Virus record (IMG/VR): IMGVR_UViG_3300037502_003770
Location: 124,001-188,000 of that record
DNA length: 64,000 nucleotides
Strand: one strand, 5' to 3'
Position 1 is the first letter of the stretch; every line of letters starts with the position of its first letter. Shown here one piece after another: positions 8,904 to 18,164 of this stretch. Position numbers and translations under genes: made by a program. The notes beneath the pieces are model-generated. The model was not told where the DNA came from. It was given only the letters and a program-made list of their open reading frames with translations, and did no database searches.

Positions 8904-9498
8904 AAAGATTAAATATCTTTTAGAAGTAATTAAACTTAAAGAAATAACTATTTCTAATTGTAATTTTGTTTTAGATTTTTATAATATAAGTGGTTTTGAT
9001 TATAGATGTCCAAAATGGTATGATTTTTTTAATCATAATTATTATAGAAAATCTAACCCTGTTCTTGAAATAAAAATATTTACATCAAAAAAAGAAGTAC
9101 GTTTTAGAATAAAAGATTTACCAAGTATTTTTCGTAATGAAGTAATTACTTGTTATGTTTCTTTTGAAGCATTTTACAAAATCATGGAAAATATGTCTTT
9201 ACTTGATTTACAATTTATTAAAAGAAATCTTTCCAAAATAAAAAATCAACAGATTAAAAAAGATAAAAATAAAATAGTTAACAATATTATAGAAAAAATT
9301 AAATCATATAAAACTTATTTTTGTGTAAATAATGTTTATAATTCAACATTTGAATTTTATGTAAATAAAATTACTGTATTATCAATATCTTTATACATAA
9401 ATGATATACCATATAATTTTAAAGAATTAAAATGGGAACTAAAGAGGTTTCCGTTGCTTGACCTCCAATACATTGATAAAAGATTAACAATTTCTTAA
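8884..9498 (+). CDS. LLDLQ-family paralogue, two fused units
   Basis: MSLLDLQFIK and FPLLDLQYID, each preceded by its own N-helix. Confidence 0.75.
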   Translation: MKNILIEKIKYLLEVIKLKEITISNCNFVLDFYNISGFDYRCPKWYDFFNHNYYRKSNPVLEIKIFTSKKEVRFRIKDLPSIFRNEVITCYVSFEAFYKIMENMSLLDLQFIKRNLSKIKNQQIKKDKNKIVNNIIEKIKSYKTYFCVNNVYNSTFEFYVNKITVLSISLYINDIPYNFKELKWELKRFPLLDLQYIDKRLTIS

Positions 9499-9578
9499 CA
9501 TTGCAGGTATTGACAAACCGAAAAATAGGTTGTACCTTTGTAATGTAATCAATCACGAACCCTTAAACACATACCGAA

Positions 9579-10046
9579 ATGGCAGTAGGAAAAACTTTTG
9601 TCGAAAGTTTAATACATGAACAAAAAGACCTCAGACATAAAATTATATATTCGATAATTGGATATATAAATGATTCACCTCAAAAAAGGATTGAATTTTA
9701 TGGTACAGACCATGATATTAGGTTGAATATTAATCACCCTAATTATACTTCAGCAGTTCACGTAAAATTGCTGGAAATCTCAATGAATCCTAACTATGTA
9801 GTTACTACTAACTTATTTAGTGATTTAGATACTGATAGATATGATTTAGCTGATATTCATCACATTGATAATATTTTATCATTTAAAGTTAAAACTTTAG
9901 ATGATTTAAATCATTATTTAGTTTCTGATGAAGAATTTAGTAATGATTGGGAGAATGAAGATTCACCTTTAAGTTTCAATGATATATTCACAGATGATTT
10001 AATGGAGATATTAAATCGTTTGAGTTTATTAAACGAAACAGAATAA
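9579..10046 (+). CDS. hypothetical acidic protein
   Basis: Follows host-type promoter 9510-9540; terminator at 10063. Confidence 0.75.
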   Translation: MAVGKTFVESLIHEQKDLRHKIIYSIIGYINDSPQKRIEFYGTDHDIRLNINHPNYTSAVHVKLLEISMNPNYVVTTNLFSDLDTDRYDLADIHHIDNILSFKVKTLDDLNHYLVSDEEFSNDWENEDSPLSFNDIFTDDLMEILNRLSLLNETE

Positions 10047-10062
10047 ATATCTCTTTCAAAAG

Positions 10063-10103
10063 AAAATCCCTTTAACAAATAAAGGGATTTTTTATAATAT
10101 AAA
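10063..10103 (+). terminator. terminator hairpin with embedded class II promoter
   Basis: AAAATCCCTTT-aacaaat-AAAGGGATTTT; TTAACA at 10072, N17, TAATATAA. Confidence 0.7.
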
Positions 10104-10112
10104 TAATATATC

Positions 10113-10556
10113 ATGAAAACAACACTTTCCGAAAGAAAAGAATTACTTATTAAAGAAATAATATCTTTAATAAAAAACTTTGATTATTCAAAAATACATA
10201 ATTCAAGATGGAAGGGTATTCATTTTGTTGAAATTGATTATAATTTATCCGAAAGAGATACGTTTAAAATAAAATTAAATGATTTATTTAATATTCGTTA
10301 TAATTATTTTGAAAGAGAATATTATTTATATTGTATTGAATGTAAAGAAGATTTTTCATTTTTCATGAAGGAAAATAAATATAGAGAAGAAAGAAAATAT
10401 AAAATTTGGTACTACACTATAGAACCATATAAATCTGGAGAAGAACATCATTCAACCACTCTAACAATAAGACAATTTAAAAAGTTATTTAATAAAATGT
10501 GTTTACTTGAGTTATTTAGTATTAAGTTAAAAATAAAAAAATTAGGAAGTAAATAA
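10113..10556 (+). CDS. LLDLQ-family paralogue
   Basis: RKELLIKEII ... MCLLELFSIK. Confidence 0.75.
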   Translation: MKTTLSERKELLIKEIISLIKNFDYSKIHNSRWKGIHFVEIDYNLSERDTFKIKLNDLFNIRYNYFEREYYLYCIECKEDFSFFMKENKYREERKYKIWYYTIEPYKSGEEHHSTTLTIRQFKKLFNKMCLLELFSIKLKIKKLGSK

Positions 10557-10563
10557 TTTTACA

Positions 10564-10926
10564 ATGAAAAAAACTTTAGTTAAAATAAAACTAATTTTGA
10601 AAATTCTATTCTCAAGAATGGATAATACAAAAAGATTTATTATTGTAAGAATTAAACCTTACGATAATAATGTTTTTATTGTTAATGAAATACATATTGT
10701 TGAGAATTATGGTCGACATAAAGAAAAATATTTTAGATTTAGATTAACTTGTACCGATAATAATTACGATGAAATTTATCGTACCAATAATAGATTTAGA
10801 ATGTTTCCATATTTATATGATTTATCATTATCAGATTTACAGTTTATTAAAAAAAATATTGAATATGCTTATAGTAAAGATTATCTATCACCTAAAATTA
10901 ATGATTTCTTAACATTGAAACCTTGA
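10564..10926 (+). CDS. LLDLQ-family paralogue
   Basis: VKIKLILKI ... LSLSDLQFIK. Confidence 0.75.
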   Translation: MKKTLVKIKLILKILFSRMDNTKRFIIVRIKPYDNNVFIVNEIHIVENYGRHKEKYFRFRLTCTDNNYDEIYRTNNRFRMFPYLYDLSLSDLQFIKKNIEYAYSKDYLSPKINDFLTLKP

Positions 10927-10988
10927 CATTCTCAAGTAGATGTATTACCTTTACAGAAGTAATACAACCACTCAAACCCTTAATTCGT

Positions 10989-11741
10989 ATGTTAACCACA
11001 ATTGCACAGCCAAGCTTCTTAAAACTAGATTCTGACCTATTCTTGCCAGTATTTTATGTTAGTACTGAAGCAAATCCTACATATATGGATTTTTATCCTG
11101 AAATAATTAATTTCTTTTCAAGAAAATTACTTTTCTCAAAAAAAGAATTATTAAATCATATTGATTATGAAGATAATTATAAACTTCATAATCAAGATAT
11201 TCCTTTAGATAATAAAGGTTTCAGGAAACTTATTCTGAAAGGAATAAGAGAAGCTAGGGAATTAGAATCATATCAAAATCATATTTTCTATATTCATTTG
11301 AGAATAAAAGATGAAAGTTTTGAACCGAATCCTATACCTCATAAATTGTATATTGAAAATTTTGGCAACGAAAATATTGGTAATCGTTATGAAGTAACCT
11401 TTAATTTAACTTATCAAGATAGAGATATTAGTGAAGATATTTCTATTGTAAGAGCAGCTTTTCATAATATTGAAAACAATGAAAGAGTTACTAAAATTAA
11501 AGTTGTTAAACACTTTGATTTACCAATTAAATCACAAAAGTTTTTAATTTCAACAGAAAATAAAAATACAGGTTTAGTTCTTTATGTAGCTGGTAGTGAT
11601 AAACATAAATTCTTTCACTCAAGCAGTATAGACCAAGCAAGAAGATATACTCAAAAAGAAATAGATAAATTTCTCGATAAAGATATTCACTTTAAAGAAA
11701 AGTTTACTATTACAAAAGATTTCAACTCAATAAAATTTTAA
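10989..11741 (+). CDS. hypothetical protein (start moved to ATG 10989)
   Basis: The track's TTG start at 10923 is the TTGACA of its own promoter. Confidence 0.7.
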   Translation: MLTTIAQPSFLKLDSDLFLPVFYVSTEANPTYMDFYPEIINFFSRKLLFSKKELLNHIDYEDNYKLHNQDIPLDNKGFRKLILKGIREARELESYQNHIFYIHLRIKDESFEPNPIPHKLYIENFGNENIGNRYEVTFNLTYQDRDISEDISIVRAAFHNIENNERVTKIKVVKHFDLPIKSQKFLISTENKNTGLVLYVAGSDKHKFFHSSSIDQARRYTQKEIDKFLDKDIHFKEKFTITKDFNSIKF

Positions 11742-11745
11742 CCTT

Positions 11746-11922
11746 ATGGCAGAATTCCCTGAACACTTAATTAAATGGTTTAATAAAATAGATAGAGAAA
11801 ATAAACTTCATATTGAAATGAAGAATAAAAAATATGTGTTGTATTTTAATCGAAAAGATAAAAAACTTCAACCGATAACTCAATTTATTAAACTAACCAA
11901 AAAACACAGACGTAAATACTAA
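11746..11922 (+). CDS. small basic protein (58 aa, not in track)
   Basis: MAEFPEHLIKWFNKIDRENK...HRRKY*; fills the gap in an operon. Confidence 0.55.
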   Translation: MAEFPEHLIKWFNKIDRENKLHIEMKNKKYVLYFNRKDKKLQPITQFIKLTKKHRRKY

Positions 11923-11940
11923 ACAAAACATCTTTCAAAC

Positions 11941-12390
11941 ATGAAAAAATTAAAAAAAGAACTAATCTCTTCTTTAAATAATGATTTTACTTTAAAGGTA
12001 GTAGATTTTCTACAAGATGATGTAAATAAGATTTCTTTTTTAAGAAATTCTTTAAACTTAGATAAACTTGAATCTTACAAGTTTTGCAATACCCATCGAG
12101 GTTTAACATTATCTTTTCAAAAAAGACTTAATGATTTACCGATGACAATTCATATTGGAGTTAAAAGAATAGGTAAACCAAAACAATATGAACCTAATAA
12201 TTTTCATTATGAATTGAGGATTTATCATCGACATTTACATTTTGAAGATGAAAGATTAATCGAAACTTGTAAAAGAATTAAACGTTCTAAACATAGTCCG
12301 TATCATTATTATACAGTAAAAAAGCACCCTTATCTTGGTGCAACTCTTGAATCTTCAATAGAACGATTCTTAACTGAGTTAATAAAGTAA
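11941..12390 (+). CDS. hypothetical protein
   Basis: 149 aa ORF before a terminator. Confidence 0.7.
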   Translation: MKKLKKELISSLNNDFTLKVVDFLQDDVNKISFLRNSLNLDKLESYKFCNTHRGLTLSFQKRLNDLPMTIHIGVKRIGKPKQYEPNNFHYELRIYHRHLHFEDERLIETCKRIKRSKHSPYHYYTVKKHPYLGATLESSIERFLTELIK

Positions 12391-12395
12391 AATAA

Positions 12396-12451
12396 TTCTT
12401 TCCTTAAAAACCTTTCATTCTTAACAAATGAAAGGTTTTTTTGTATATAAT
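12396..12451 (+). repeat. ~55 bp terminator/class II promoter unit, duplicated at 19482-19536
   Basis: TTCTTTCCTTAAAAACCTTTCATTCTTAACAAATGAAAGGTTTTTTTGTATATAA in both places. Confidence 0.85.
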
Positions 12452-12454
12452 AGT

Positions 12455-12742
12455 ATGGAGGAGGTAAGACTTAATTTAATAAAAGAAATTGTAGAAAAAA
12501 ATAAATTATGTTATGTTTCTAATTTAGATTTATTTTATTTTTACAATATTAAATATAAAAATTCTTTAGTTATTGATATTAATAATCGTATTAATGAAAT
12601 AAAAAATATTTTTTATTTTAATGATTATTTTAAATCTTTTGATGATGAAAAAAATAACTTTAATAATATAAAATTATATCAGATATTAGAAACATTACCT
12701 TTATTAAAATTACAATTTATTAACCATTGTCTTTATGAGTAA
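12455..12742 (+). CDS. LLDLQ-family paralogue (start moved to ATG 12455)
   Basis: VRLNLIKEIV ... LPLLKLQFIN; track start lies inside the terminator. Confidence 0.7.
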   Translation: MEEVRLNLIKEIVEKNKLCYVSNLDLFYFYNIKYKNSLVIDINNRINEIKNIFYFNDYFKSFDDEKNNFNNIKLYQILETLPLLKLQFINHCLYE

Positions 12743-13163
12743 AGAACAACTTAAAACTAAAGAAATAGATTTAATAATTGATTTCTTTCTGAAAGAAAAT
12801 AGAAAGCTAGATATTATTAATAGACATACAAGCGCAAGTGGTCATGAATTTAAAGTAAAAAATCCTTTTAATCATAATAAATCAAATATATATAAACATT
12901 TTCTTTTTTCAATTAAATCAAAAGAACTACCGTATGATTTTGATGAAAGAAATATAAATGGTTTTATTTTTACTAAATTTAAAACTAGAAAAATATTTGT
13001 GTTAGAAATATGTTTAGTTAATGATAAAAATGAAAATATTGGAATTGATGATTATAATTATATAGAACTAGAAGTAAAAAAATATTTAAAATCAATGAGT
13101 TTACTTGATTTACAGTTCATTAAAAATAAATCTTTAAATGAAAATAACCCCTTACAAAAATAA
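12735..13163 (+). CDS. LLDLQ-family paralogue
   Basis: MSLLDLQFIK. Confidence 0.75.
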   Translation: MSKEQLKTKEIDLIIDFFLKENRKLDIINRHTSASGHEFKVKNPFNHNKSNIYKHFLFSIKSKELPYDFDERNINGFIFTKFKTRKIFVLEICLVNDKNENIGIDDYNYIELEVKKYLKSMSLLDLQFIKNKSLNENNPLQK

Positions 13164-13530
13164 TAAATTTCTTTTAAAGAAAAGAATTGTCAATCAAATA
13201 GTAAAACTTCTTGATGTTGTTTCTTTTGATAATAGAAAAAATAATTATAATTTATGGTTTAAGAGTACTATTATAAATGTTGAAGCTAAATTTGATTATA
13301 TATTACTTAATTATGTAGTAAATACTTACTTAAATGAAAAAAAAGTTGAATATACTTTTGTTGTTGAAGGTAAAAATGGTCAGTTTTTTGGTATGGAAAA
13401 TTATAAATACGTTACAATTTCTCAACTGAAAAAAATATTTAATTCCTTTAGTTTACTCATGTTACAAAAAATAAAAACAATTCTTCAAAATAAAAAAATA
13501 CAATATGAAAAAACTTCTTACTTAAAGTAA
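13138..13530 (+). CDS. LLDLQ-family paralogue
   Basis: LKKRIVNQIV ... FSLLMLQKIK. Confidence 0.75.
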   Translation: MKITPYKNNKFLLKKRIVNQIVKLLDVVSFDNRKNNYNLWFKSTIINVEAKFDYILLNYVVNTYLNEKKVEYTFVVEGKNGQFFGMENYKYVTISQLKKIFNSFSLLMLQKIKTILQNKKIQYEKTSYLK

Positions 13531-13838
13531 AACTTATAATAGAAATAAATAATTCTATTCAAAAATTTAAATCTGTTAATTATAAACTTGATATATTATT
13601 AAATTCAAATATAAAAATATCTAAAATATATTATAATCATGATAATAGCAGGAAAAGGAAGTTTGAATTTTATTACTCATATAGAAATAATTATGAACAA
13701 AATATGTGTTATTCAAAATTTGATTTTTTAAATTTTTTATTTAAATTAAAATTACAAGATTTACAATACATTCATAATATAATTACATCTGAAAAAGATT
13801 TAAGTGATTTACGTATTCAATTAAGAAAATTATTATGA
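13505..13838 (+). pseudogene. LLDLQ-family paralogue with a +1 frameshift in an A6 run after ATG
   Basis: Removing one A gives MKNFLLKVKLIIEI...LKLQDLQYIH...RKLL*. Confidence 0.7.
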
Positions 13839-14236
13839 TAAAAAACCTCTTTCTTAAAGTAAAGGAATATTTTCTTAAAAAGAAATCAATTAAAGAAAAT
13901 ATAAAACTAAAAAATAAATTAGTTAAAGAAATAATAAACTTCTTAGATAAGTTTCAAGATATTAATTATTCAACTTTTGAAATTAAAATTAATGATAGAT
14001 TAACTATTACTAAATTAAAATTACAGTATAGTGGAATTACTGAAACAACAAAATATGATTTATTTTATACTGCTCTAAACAGTAAACAAGAAGAACATAA
14101 TTTAGATAAATATACATTTAAACGTTTTTTGTTTACTTTAAATTTATTAGATTTACAAAGGTTTCATAAACATATTTTAGATGTAGAAAATATTTATTAT
14201 CATAAAGTTAAATTTAATAGATTGCTTGATATATGA
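13835..14236 (+). CDS. LLDLQ-family paralogue
   Basis: LKNKLVKEII ... LNLLDLQRFH. Confidence 0.75.
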   Translation: MIKNLFLKVKEYFLKKKSIKENIKLKNKLVKEIINFLDKFQDINYSTFEIKINDRLTITKLKLQYSGITETTKYDLFYTALNSKQEEHNLDKYTFKRFLFTLNLLDLQRFHKHILDVENIYYHKVKFNRLLDI

Positions 14237-14592
14237 AAAAACTTTTTATTAAAGTAAGACTGATTTATCAAATAGTCATTTCTCAAAGTGAAAGCTTTAA
14301 GAAAAATAATATCTGTTTAAATGAAGAAGATTATTCTTTTGCAAGTAAAAAACTAATTGAAACAAGGTATTTAAATAGATTTAATAATCCCTCATTTTAT
14401 GGTGGAATTCAAACATTTACTATACATAAATTTACAGGTGCTTTAAAACCTTTAATATTAGTTACACATGAAAAGAATATTGGTTCAAGTGATTATATTA
14501 CAATTTTTAAATTCTTATTAAAATTAAATATTTTAACCTTACAAAAAATAAAAATGGTTTTAAAAAATGTTACAGAAACAAAAACTAATTGA
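14233..14592 (+). CDS. LLDLQ-family paralogue
   Basis: IKVRLIYQIV ... LNILTLQKIK. Confidence 0.7.
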   Translation: MKKLFIKVRLIYQIVISQSESFKKNNICLNEEDYSFASKKLIETRYLNRFNNPSFYGGIQTFTIHKFTGALKPLILVTHEKNIGSSDYITIFKFLLKLNILTLQKIKMVLKNVTETKTN

Positions 14593-14857
14593 AGAAATAT
14601 ATTATTATTCAATATATAATGAAGATGTGATTGAACTTAATTTTAAATTTAATAATTTTGTATTATATAAAATTGAAGATAGAAAACTTCATTATCATAA
14701 AGAAACAAAGATTCATTCATTATTTTATTTTGAAATAAATAACTATCTTTATCTTAAAGATATACCTACTTTGACTATGTTCTTTAGCGAAAATAAAATC
14801 TCTTTACTTGATTTACAGTTTTTAACAAATAAAATTAGAAATAATGCAAACAATTAA
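14567..14857 (+). CDS. LLDLQ-family paralogue
   Basis: QKQKLIEEIY ... ISLLDLQFLT. Confidence 0.75.
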   Translation: MLQKQKLIEEIYYYSIYNEDVIELNFKFNNFVLYKIEDRKLHYHKETKIHSLFYFEINNYLYLKDIPTLTMFFSENKISLLDLQFLTNKIRNNANN

Positions 14858-15152
14858 AGAAAATTTTATTGAACAAATTGAATCCATTCTTTTAGAAAAG
14901 AATATTTCTCATTATAATAATTTATATAATATTTATATTAATAATTATTCTTCAAAAATATTAGAAATAGGTGTTCATTCCAGTAAATATATATTTGTTA
15001 TGTATTCTTTAAATGAAAATACAGATGAAGATACTAATATTAATAGTTTTGATGTTCAATTTTCTTTTGATAAAAATTTTTTATTAAACATTAACCTTCT
15101 TGATTTACAATATATTAAAAATAAATTATGTACATACAGCAATCACCATTAG
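14844..15152 (+). CDS. LLDLQ-family paralogue
   Basis: IKENFIEQIE ... INLLDLQYIK. Confidence 0.75.
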   Translation: MQTIKENFIEQIESILLEKNISHYNNLYNIYINNYSSKILEIGVHSSKYIFVMYSLNENTDEDTNINSFDVQFSFDKNFLLNINLLDLQYIKNKLCTYSNHH

Positions 15153-15469
15153 AAAAACTAAAATTAAAACTTATTGAAGAAATCTATCAAAAGATATTAT
15201 TTATATTAAATAATACTTCTAAGACTGTAAATTTTATTATTTTTAATTATGTTTTTAATAAAAAAACAATTAAAGGTGAATTTAAAACTATTCAATTAAC
15301 CAAAAATTGTATTGTTTTTTTATCACCATTAGGATATATTAAACATACTTCTGATATAAAACTTACTAAAAATTCATTTATTAAACTAAATTTATCTCTT
15401 CTTGAACTACAATATATTAAAATAAATATGAACTCGAGTCTAATCAATCCCGACTTTTGTAATTATTAA
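15128..15469 (+). CDS. LLDLQ-family paralogue
   Basis: LKLKLIEEIY ... LSLLELQYIK. Confidence 0.75.
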   Translation: MYIQQSPLEKLKLKLIEEIYQKILFILNNTSKTVNFIIFNYVFNKKTIKGEFKTIQLTKNCIVFLSPLGYIKHTSDIKLTKNSFIKLNLSLLELQYIKINMNSSLINPDFCNY

Positions 15470-15513
15470 AAAATAACCATCTTTAACAAAAGATATGGTT
15501 TTTTGTATTATAT

Positions 15514-15801
15514 ATGATGAATGAAATAAAAGAAAGCTTAATAAATAGAATTATATTAGAAGGTAAATTATATCATGCAGATACAGGTCATTTCGCTCTT
15601 AATATATTTTATTTTTATAATAAAAAAATTAAAATGTCAATTATTATTAACCCTAGTAAATATATTAATAATAAACCGTACATTTATACATACAATCATA
15701 ATTATCATTTTATGACAGAAATTCATAATGAAAAATTATATAAACTATTAAAACAATTACCTTTATTAGATTTACAATTTATCTTGTACTTTATTTTATG
15801 A
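15514..15801 (+). CDS. LLDLQ-family paralogue
   Basis: IKESLINRII ... LPLLDLQFIL. Confidence 0.75.
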   Translation: MMNEIKESLINRIILEGKLYHADTGHFALNIFYFYNKKIKMSIIINPSKYINNKPYIYTYNHNYHFMTEIHNEKLYKLLKQLPLLDLQFILYFIL

Positions 15802-16214
15802 AAGAAAACTTAATTAAAGAAATAATTGATAACCTTAGTTCAATAAAAGAATATTTTAATATAGGAAACGTAGATACAGTTATTAGAAGTATTTTATTTG
15901 AAAATAAAATCTTTTTTTCAAAAAAGAAATACTTTGATTATATAGAACTTGAATTTGGGGATGGCGTATATTCACATAATTTATTAGAGATAAGGTTTGG
16001 TGAACGTGAATCAAAATATGGTTTTTATATACATAAAGAAATTTATTTCTTAAATCCAAATAAAGTAAATAAATTTTTTAATAAACTAACAATTCTTCAA
16101 TTACAATCATTTCTTATTGAAATAAAACATTTTATTAAATATAATGAGTATTCAATTTATCGCTCTAAATATAGAAAAACAGGAAGAAAAACAAAAGCGA
16201 TTACATATTATTAA
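15798..16214 (+). CDS. LLDLQ-family paralogue
   Basis: MKENLIKEII ... LTILQLQSFL. Confidence 0.75.
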   Translation: MKENLIKEIIDNLSSIKEYFNIGNVDTVIRSILFENKIFFSKKKYFDYIELEFGDGVYSHNLLEIRFGERESKYGFYIHKEIYFLNPNKVNKFFNKLTILQLQSFLIEIKHFIKYNEYSIYRSKYRKTGRKTKAITYY

Positions 16215-16518
16215 AAAGCAGTTAATTAAAAAAATAAAGAAATCTATTTTTAAAAGTAAAACCGTTGACCCTTCAGTTATTATTATTTCAAATAAAATAT
16301 CTTTATTAAGAAATAAAGATTTAACATATTTTAATATGCTTTCAATAGAAAGAAATATTTCAAATAAAATAACTTATATTAATTTTTTTAAATGGTTAAA
16401 TGATAATAGTTTAATTAGAATAACATATCTAAAATATCCAAGTTTAAATTATTTTCTTAATAAATTAACGATTCTTCAATTACAATCAATTCTAATAAAT
16501 TTAAAAAATGATGACTAA
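16144..16518 (+). CDS. LLDLQ-family paralogue
   Basis: IKKQLIKKIK ... LTILQLQSIL. Confidence 0.75.
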   Translation: MSIQFIALNIEKQEEKQKRLHIIKKQLIKKIKKSIFKSKTVDPSVIIISNKISLLRNKDLTYFNMLSIERNISNKITYINFFKWLNDNSLIRITYLKYPSLNYFLNKLTILQLQSILINLKNDD

Positions 16519-16819
16519 AGAAGAACTAAAAACTAAACTTATTTTAGATATTTATTATAATTTAAGATGTTGCTATGATTTTCATTTAAATTCAATTTGT
16601 TTATATAATAATATTAATTATAAAGGTGTTAATTTTAATAAATTGTTTTTAACAGTTAGAGAAGATATTAAATTAAAATATACTACTTATGAACATGATT
16701 ATACAATTAGTGAGATATATAATAAATGTATTTTCTTCAATGAACTAACAATACTTCAATTACAATTGATTTTAGTACATTTTAAACGAGTGGTCAATGA
16801 AAGAAGAGATAAAAAATAA
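16508..16819 (+). CDS. LLDLQ-family paralogue
   Basis: LKTKLILDIY ... LTILQLQLIL. Confidence 0.75.
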   Translation: MMTKEELKTKLILDIYYNLRCCYDFHLNSICLYNNINYKGVNFNKLFLTVREDIKLKYTTYEHDYTISEIYNKCIFFNELTILQLQLILVHFKRVVNERRDKK

Positions 16820-17183
16820 CATTATCAATAAAATAATGTATATAATAGAAAAAGTATATCTTTATTCAAAAGGAAATGATTATATAAATATTCCTTTAAA
16901 TAAAAATCATTTTATTTCTATCAATAATAAAATTTTTAACCATATTATTATAGACCCTGAAGACTTTGAAATATTATTGGTGAACATATTTGACGGTTTA
17001 TACAAAACAAAACGTAATGAAGTTATTCTTAAATCCAATTACTCAACATTTAATGAACATTTATTTAAACAATTTACTTTACTCCAGTTACAATACATAT
17101 TAATTGATTTAATTTCAAAAGAAAATAATCCTTCATTATTAAAAAATAGAATCAATCAGATATGGGAAAAGTATCCACAATAA
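16797..17183 (+). CDS. LLDLQ-family paralogue
   Basis: IKNNIINKIM ... FTLLQLQYIL. Confidence 0.75.
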   Translation: MKEEIKNNIINKIMYIIEKVYLYSKGNDYINIPLNKNHFISINNKIFNHIIIDPEDFEILLVNIFDGLYKTKRNEVILKSNYSTFNEHLFKQFTLLQLQYILIDLISKENNPSLLKNRINQIWEKYPQ

Positions 17184-17653
17184 AGAAAAATTTAATAAAA
17201 GAAGTTATAATTAAGGAAGCAACTTATTTTGTTGAAGAATTTTTATTAAAAAGAAAAATAAAAAAATTTAGTTTTATTAGAAATCATGAATTACTTTTAA
17301 ATTGTAAAAATTTTAAAAGTAAGTTAATTGGTGCTTATGATTATTCATATAACTTTTGTGAATACATACCTAAATATAATAAAACTTTATATTATTTAGA
17401 TGATATAAATATTAATTATTCTCATCGTAATCTTGGTGATATTTTTGAAGTTAAATTAAGATGTTTACCTTTTAATATAAAACATTTCTCTAATGATAGA
17501 TTTAATATGGATAAAGACACCTTTATAGAATTATTATCCACAACAAAAAATTTATTATATTTACAATATATAAATAAGAAAATACAAAGTATCGAACAAA
17601 ATTCTAATTTAATTAATAAACATTATGAGTCTGAGTTCTATTTTAATTGGTAA
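17162..17653 (+). CDS. LLDLQ-family paralogue
   Basis: IKKNLIKEVI ... KNLLYLQYIN. Confidence 0.75.
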   Translation: MGKVSTIKKNLIKEVIIKEATYFVEEFLLKRKIKKFSFIRNHELLLNCKNFKSKLIGAYDYSYNFCEYIPKYNKTLYYLDDININYSHRNLGDIFEVKLRCLPFNIKHFSNDRFNMDKDTFIELLSTTKNLLYLQYINKKIQSIEQNSNLINKHYESEFYFNW

Positions 17654-18000
17654 TAAAAATGATTTTAATTTCTATTCTTAAAATAAAAACTATTTTTCTA
17701 ATAATATATCTTTTATTAAAGAAAAATATTCATACTTACTTTAAAGTAATTAAAATAAATAAAGAATACACATATAGATATATTATTATAGGTAATTTTT
17801 ATTTTGTTAAAAATATTATTTACCTTACTAGAGAAGAATTTTTAAGTATAAAATTTTTGCCTATATTATTTAGTTTACCCTTATCTGATTTACATTATAT
17901 AAAAATTAAATTATCATTAGAAAAACCATATAAAGTAAAAAATTTACCAACAAATAAAACAGTCACCTTTATTCAAGGAAGACGCTTTTTTGCAAAATAG
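17647..18000 (+). CDS. LLDLQ-family paralogue (ATG at 17659 is an alternative start)
   Basis: LPLSDLHYIK. Confidence 0.7.
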   Translation: MVIKMILISILKIKTIFLIIYLLLKKNIHTYFKVIKINKEYTYRYIIIGNFYFVKNIIYLTREEFLSIKFLPILFSLPLSDLHYIKIKLSLEKPYKVKNLPTNKTVTFIQGRRFFAK

Positions 18001-18098
18001 ACCATTTCTTAACAAAAAGATAACATTGTAGGTATTGACAAATCCAAAAATAGGTCGTATCTTTGTAAGGTATTCAGAAACAACCTTAACCGAGCCTT

Positions 18099-18164
18099 AT
18101 GCTAAAAGGAAGAACAATAACCAAAGAAAGATTCAATCTTATTGAAGAAATTATTGAATTATAA
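18099..18164 (+). pseudogene. 5' fragment of an early gene interrupted by the TnpB insertion
   Basis: Host-type promoter 18035-18065, then MLKGRTITKERFNLIEEIIEL* ending where an A/T-only stretch begins; possible 3' remainder at ~19410-19475. Confidence 0.45.
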
